Part shown: one piece after another, positions 61,105-64,000 of the stretch
How positions within the stretch are numbered: the first letter of the stretch is position 1
How the letters are laid out: each line of letters starts with the position of its first letter
Origin: Penicillus capitatus
Lineage: Eukaryota; Plantae; Chlorophyta
Reading direction: 5' to 3'
Length of the DNA: 64,000 nucleotides
Assembly: GCA_965649825.1 (NCBI GenBank)
Contig: OZ287698.1
Location: 1,565,949 to 1,629,948, forward strand
Translations under genes and position numbers: made by a program
The notes under the pieces: model-generated
What the model saw: only the letters and a program-made list of their open reading frames with translations
Told to the model about the DNA's origin: nothing
Databases searched by the model: none

Positions 61105-63390
61105 TCACGTTTCCTGTAACATGATCATGGCTTCTTTGGGCTTCCCAAGCAACTTCAATGCTGTGCCAGCAATGTGTGAAGCTGTCAGTCCAGCGAGGGT
61201 CAGTTGATCTGAGTATGCCCCCTGTTCAATGAACTTGTCTGGCAATGTCATCGTGCGCACTCTCAGATCGCCATCAAGGAGGCCTTCCAATGCCAGGAAG
61301 GACAACACAACGGACCCAAAACCACCAATGGATCCTTCTTCAACGGTGATCAGGATTGGATGCTCCTGGGCAATTTGTTTAATCAAAACAGCATCCAGTG
61401 GCTTACAGAACCGAGCATCCATGACAGTGGCAGAGAATCCAGCTTCTGCCAACTTGTCTGCAGCGACGAGACATTCGTTAACGGATGATCCATATCCAAT
61501 AAAGCAAATGTCTTTGCCGCTTCTGCGAATAACGCCTTTGCCAACGGACAATGGTGTTCCCTTGAGATCTGGTCCGATTCCTTCAGTTGCCAGATCCACT
61601 CCAATGCCGTTCCCTCTCGGATATCTCAAGCAGGAAGCACTGTAGTCGATCTGAGCTGCAGTGGCCACCATATTGATCAGTTCAGCCTCGTTAGAAGCGG
61701 CCATGACGACCATGTTAGGCAAGCAAGACATATAGGCAATGTCAAATGCTCCACAATGTGTTGCACCATCTGCTCCGACCAATCCAGCTCTGTCCATCAT
61801 GAAACGCACTGGAAGCTTCTGAAGGCAGACATCGTGGATGACCTGATCGTACCCTCTTTGCAAGAAGGTTGAATAGATGGTACAGAAAGGCACCATTCCT
61901 TCACAGGCTAGACCAGCAGAGAATGTCACGGCGTGCTGCTCGGCGATGCCGACATCGAAGACGCGATCAGGGAATACTTTCTCATATCTGTAGAGGCCTG
62001 TTCCTCCAGCCATCGCTGCATGCACAGCTATGACACGGCTGTCTCGGGTTGCTTCGGCAATCAAGGCATCAGCAAAATAATTTGTATATGACATGGTCTT
62101 TCCTTGCGATTTAAACTGCTTTCCAGTCTGGACGTCATACTTAACAACGCCATGCATCTTATCAGATGCCTTCTCGGCTGGCAAATACCCACGTCCCTTC
62201 TCTGTTACAATATGCAACAGCACTGGGCCGACAGTATCTGTTGCTTTGATTTCCTGAAGAACAGAAATGAGATCGTCAACACTGTGGCCATCCACAGGAC
62301 CAATATAATACAGACCCAGCTCTTCGAAGAGCCTAGAACCAGATCCAGAGATCATTCCTCTCGCATAATCATCAAGCTTTGCTGTCGCCTCTTGAATGGA
62401 CCCTGGCAATTGCTTCGTGACGCCCTTTGCGATTTCACGGAGCTCTCTGAGTGGTCTGTTGGCCTGGATGCGTGCCAGAGCACTCGAGAGCCCGCCAACA
62501 GGAGGCTGATTCTTGCCATTGTATTGCGTGGGTAGTGACACCTGCTGATTGTCATTGAGCACCACAAGCATATTGCTGTCTAAGAACCCTGCATGGTTCA
62601 TGGCCTCATACGCCATACCACCAGTAATGGCGCCATCTCCAATGACGGAGACAACATGATTCTTCCTTCCTCGGGCATCGCGACCGACAGCCATGCCCAG
62701 TCCGGCAGAGACAGATGTGGAACTGTGCCCGGCACCAAATGCATCAAAAGTACTCTCAGATCGATTTGTGAAGCCAGCAATGCCATCTGTCTGACGAATC
62801 TTACTCATCTGGGCGCGGCGTCCTGTCAGGATTTTGTGTGGGTAACACTGATGACCCACATCCCAGATGAATTTGTCTTCCGGACAGTTAAATACATAAT
62901 GAAGGGCGACTGTTAACTCCACAACGCCCAGGTTTGCGCCCAAATGGCCACCTGTCTTGGAGACCGTGTGCACAATATCGGCTCGAAGTTCCTTGCACAG
63001 TTGTCTCAGCTGACCCAGCGTGAAGTTCTTCATATGAATTGGGTAGTTGACGGTGTCCAGAAGTGGCGTCGGCGGACCGTCGTCCGTCCAAGATCCAAGC
63101 TCGTCCATCGAGAGCTTATCCCACTCGCCGTCCGAGTAGGTCGCCATCTTCTCGCTGATGGCGTTGTCGCTGGCATCGTTGTCCGCACGAACGAACACAC
63201 GCGGATTGCGAGAGCCGATGCGAGACGGCGCAGGGAAAGCGACGAGAGGACCCTACAGAGAACAGAGTGCACGAGATCATTCACTGTCGTTGGCACACCC
63301 ACGCCGATGACTCGGGGTGAGTGGGTGTTACCATACCTGTGCCAGTCGTCTTTGGTAAGGAGTTGTCGTCGCTCGGAGACTGAAAGACAT
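61105..63390 (-). CDS. DXS: 1-deoxy-D-xylulose-5-phosphate synthase (MEP pathway), transit peptide split by one intron (63253-63336)
   Basis: [94 protein letters not shown]. Confidence 0.98.
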
Positions 63391-63663
63391 GCTCTTCCTC
63401 TTTTTGCAAACAGCGGTCTCTCACAACTCTTCCCCGAAAGCCTGTAACACTCGTTGGTTCGTCTACCGCTGGAAAGACCAAGAATGACAAATGTTGAGAG
63501 GATTGCGTTGCATCAACTTCCTTGGCGATTAACGGTGCGGATTCGTTAGCGAGTTTGTGTGTAGAAGCCATTCAAGATCGAGAGAAGCGAGAGGCATAAC
63601 AAGATATGTGTGTGTCTTCTCTTATCACAACTCAAAATGTACAGAAGTCGCGCTTCTGAGTTT

Positions 63664-64000
63664 TTACAGACTGAGACCAGAGTCTTCATTCTCTCCACCT
63701 CCAAGATCCTTCGCGGCGGTGGCATAGAATGCCCAGACGATTCCGAAAGAGATCAAGATTGCCCATCCCAAAATTGGGTCCGTGATGCCAAGGATGAGGC
63801 CTGTTCCTTCTGACTCCATGGCTTTACCGACCTGTAGCAGACGTTCGTCCAGCCATATGCTGAACATCAGGAAGGATCTGCGGACCTTTGCCGTGGCCGG
63901 GGCTGCCACAAGGAGAACAGGCGCCGCTGCCACAAGAGCCGATGACATTTTGTCAATTGGTTTGGCTTCGCAGACAACGCGCGCTGAGAATATGACAGAT
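63664..64000 (-). CDS. PSBW: Photosystem II subunit PsbW (5' end beyond window)
   Basis: Lumenal signal ending ATA, EGTGLILG..DPILGWAIL..FGIVWAFY, acidic C-terminus EDSGLSL. Probable 54-bp intron at 63832-63885. Confidence 0.9.
   Translation of the reverse strand, partial: SVIFSARVVCEAKPIDKMSSALVAAAPVLLVAAPATAKVRRSFLMFSIWLDERLLQVGKAMESEGTGLILGITDPILGWAILISFGIVWAFYATAAKDLGGGENEDSGLSL

Noticed and set aside
5423-63447. Many long antisense or alternate-frame ORFs (e.g. 5423-5968, 10029-10736, 31403-32056, 55414-56106, 62944-63447)
   Set aside because: Shadow frames of well-supported genes, with no motifs.
1-64000. TAA/TAG-to-Gln reassignment as in some ulvophycean algae, suggested by fragmented ORFs
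   Set aside because: Breaks are explained by introns. Long exons (DXS, SERGT1-like, CCZ1) have no in-frame TAR, and TAA/TAG act as real stops (dynein 53755-53757, UBP6 9470-9472).
1-64000. rRNA, tRNA, transposase or reverse transcriptase genes
   Set aside because: No recognisable conserved motifs seen by eye. An Infernal/tRNAscan/RepeatMasker run would be needed to exclude them formally.

Overview
Gene-dense nuclear DNA from a green alga, probably a flagellate-capable chlorophyte. The evidence is PsbW, an AP2 transcription factor, a SERGT1-type glycosyltransferase, plastid-targeted DXS, an axonemal dynein and recurrent TGTAA poly(A) signals. About 25 protein genes use the standard code and are broken by very short introns (mostly 44-60 bp), which explains the fragmented ORF track. 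In order: KCS, ABCG, GH17, CCZ1, UBP6, cNMP-binding protein, TKL kinase, dynamin-like GTPase, UXT, orphans, C2 protein, SERGT1-like, a giant LRR/Ig/polycystin protein, RING E3, AP2, inner-arm dynein heavy chain, VAC14, DUF1997, EF-hand protein, THUMP/RlmL methyltransferase, DXS and PsbW. I saw no rRNA, tRNA, CRISPR array or transposase. Highlights: (1) a signal peptide-LRR-mucin-Ig-TOP-5TM polycystin-like receptor-channel that appears to lack S1 and has two R(R)KLLQ processing sites; (2) at least 12 GC-AG introns among roughly 80 traced by hand; (3) CCZ1 and UBP6 start codons only 14 bp apart; (4) a head-to-head KCS/ABCG pair; (5) a bacterial-dynamin-like protein with degenerate GTPase motifs. 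All exon boundaries and family calls come from manual reading and motif recognition, not from database searches.
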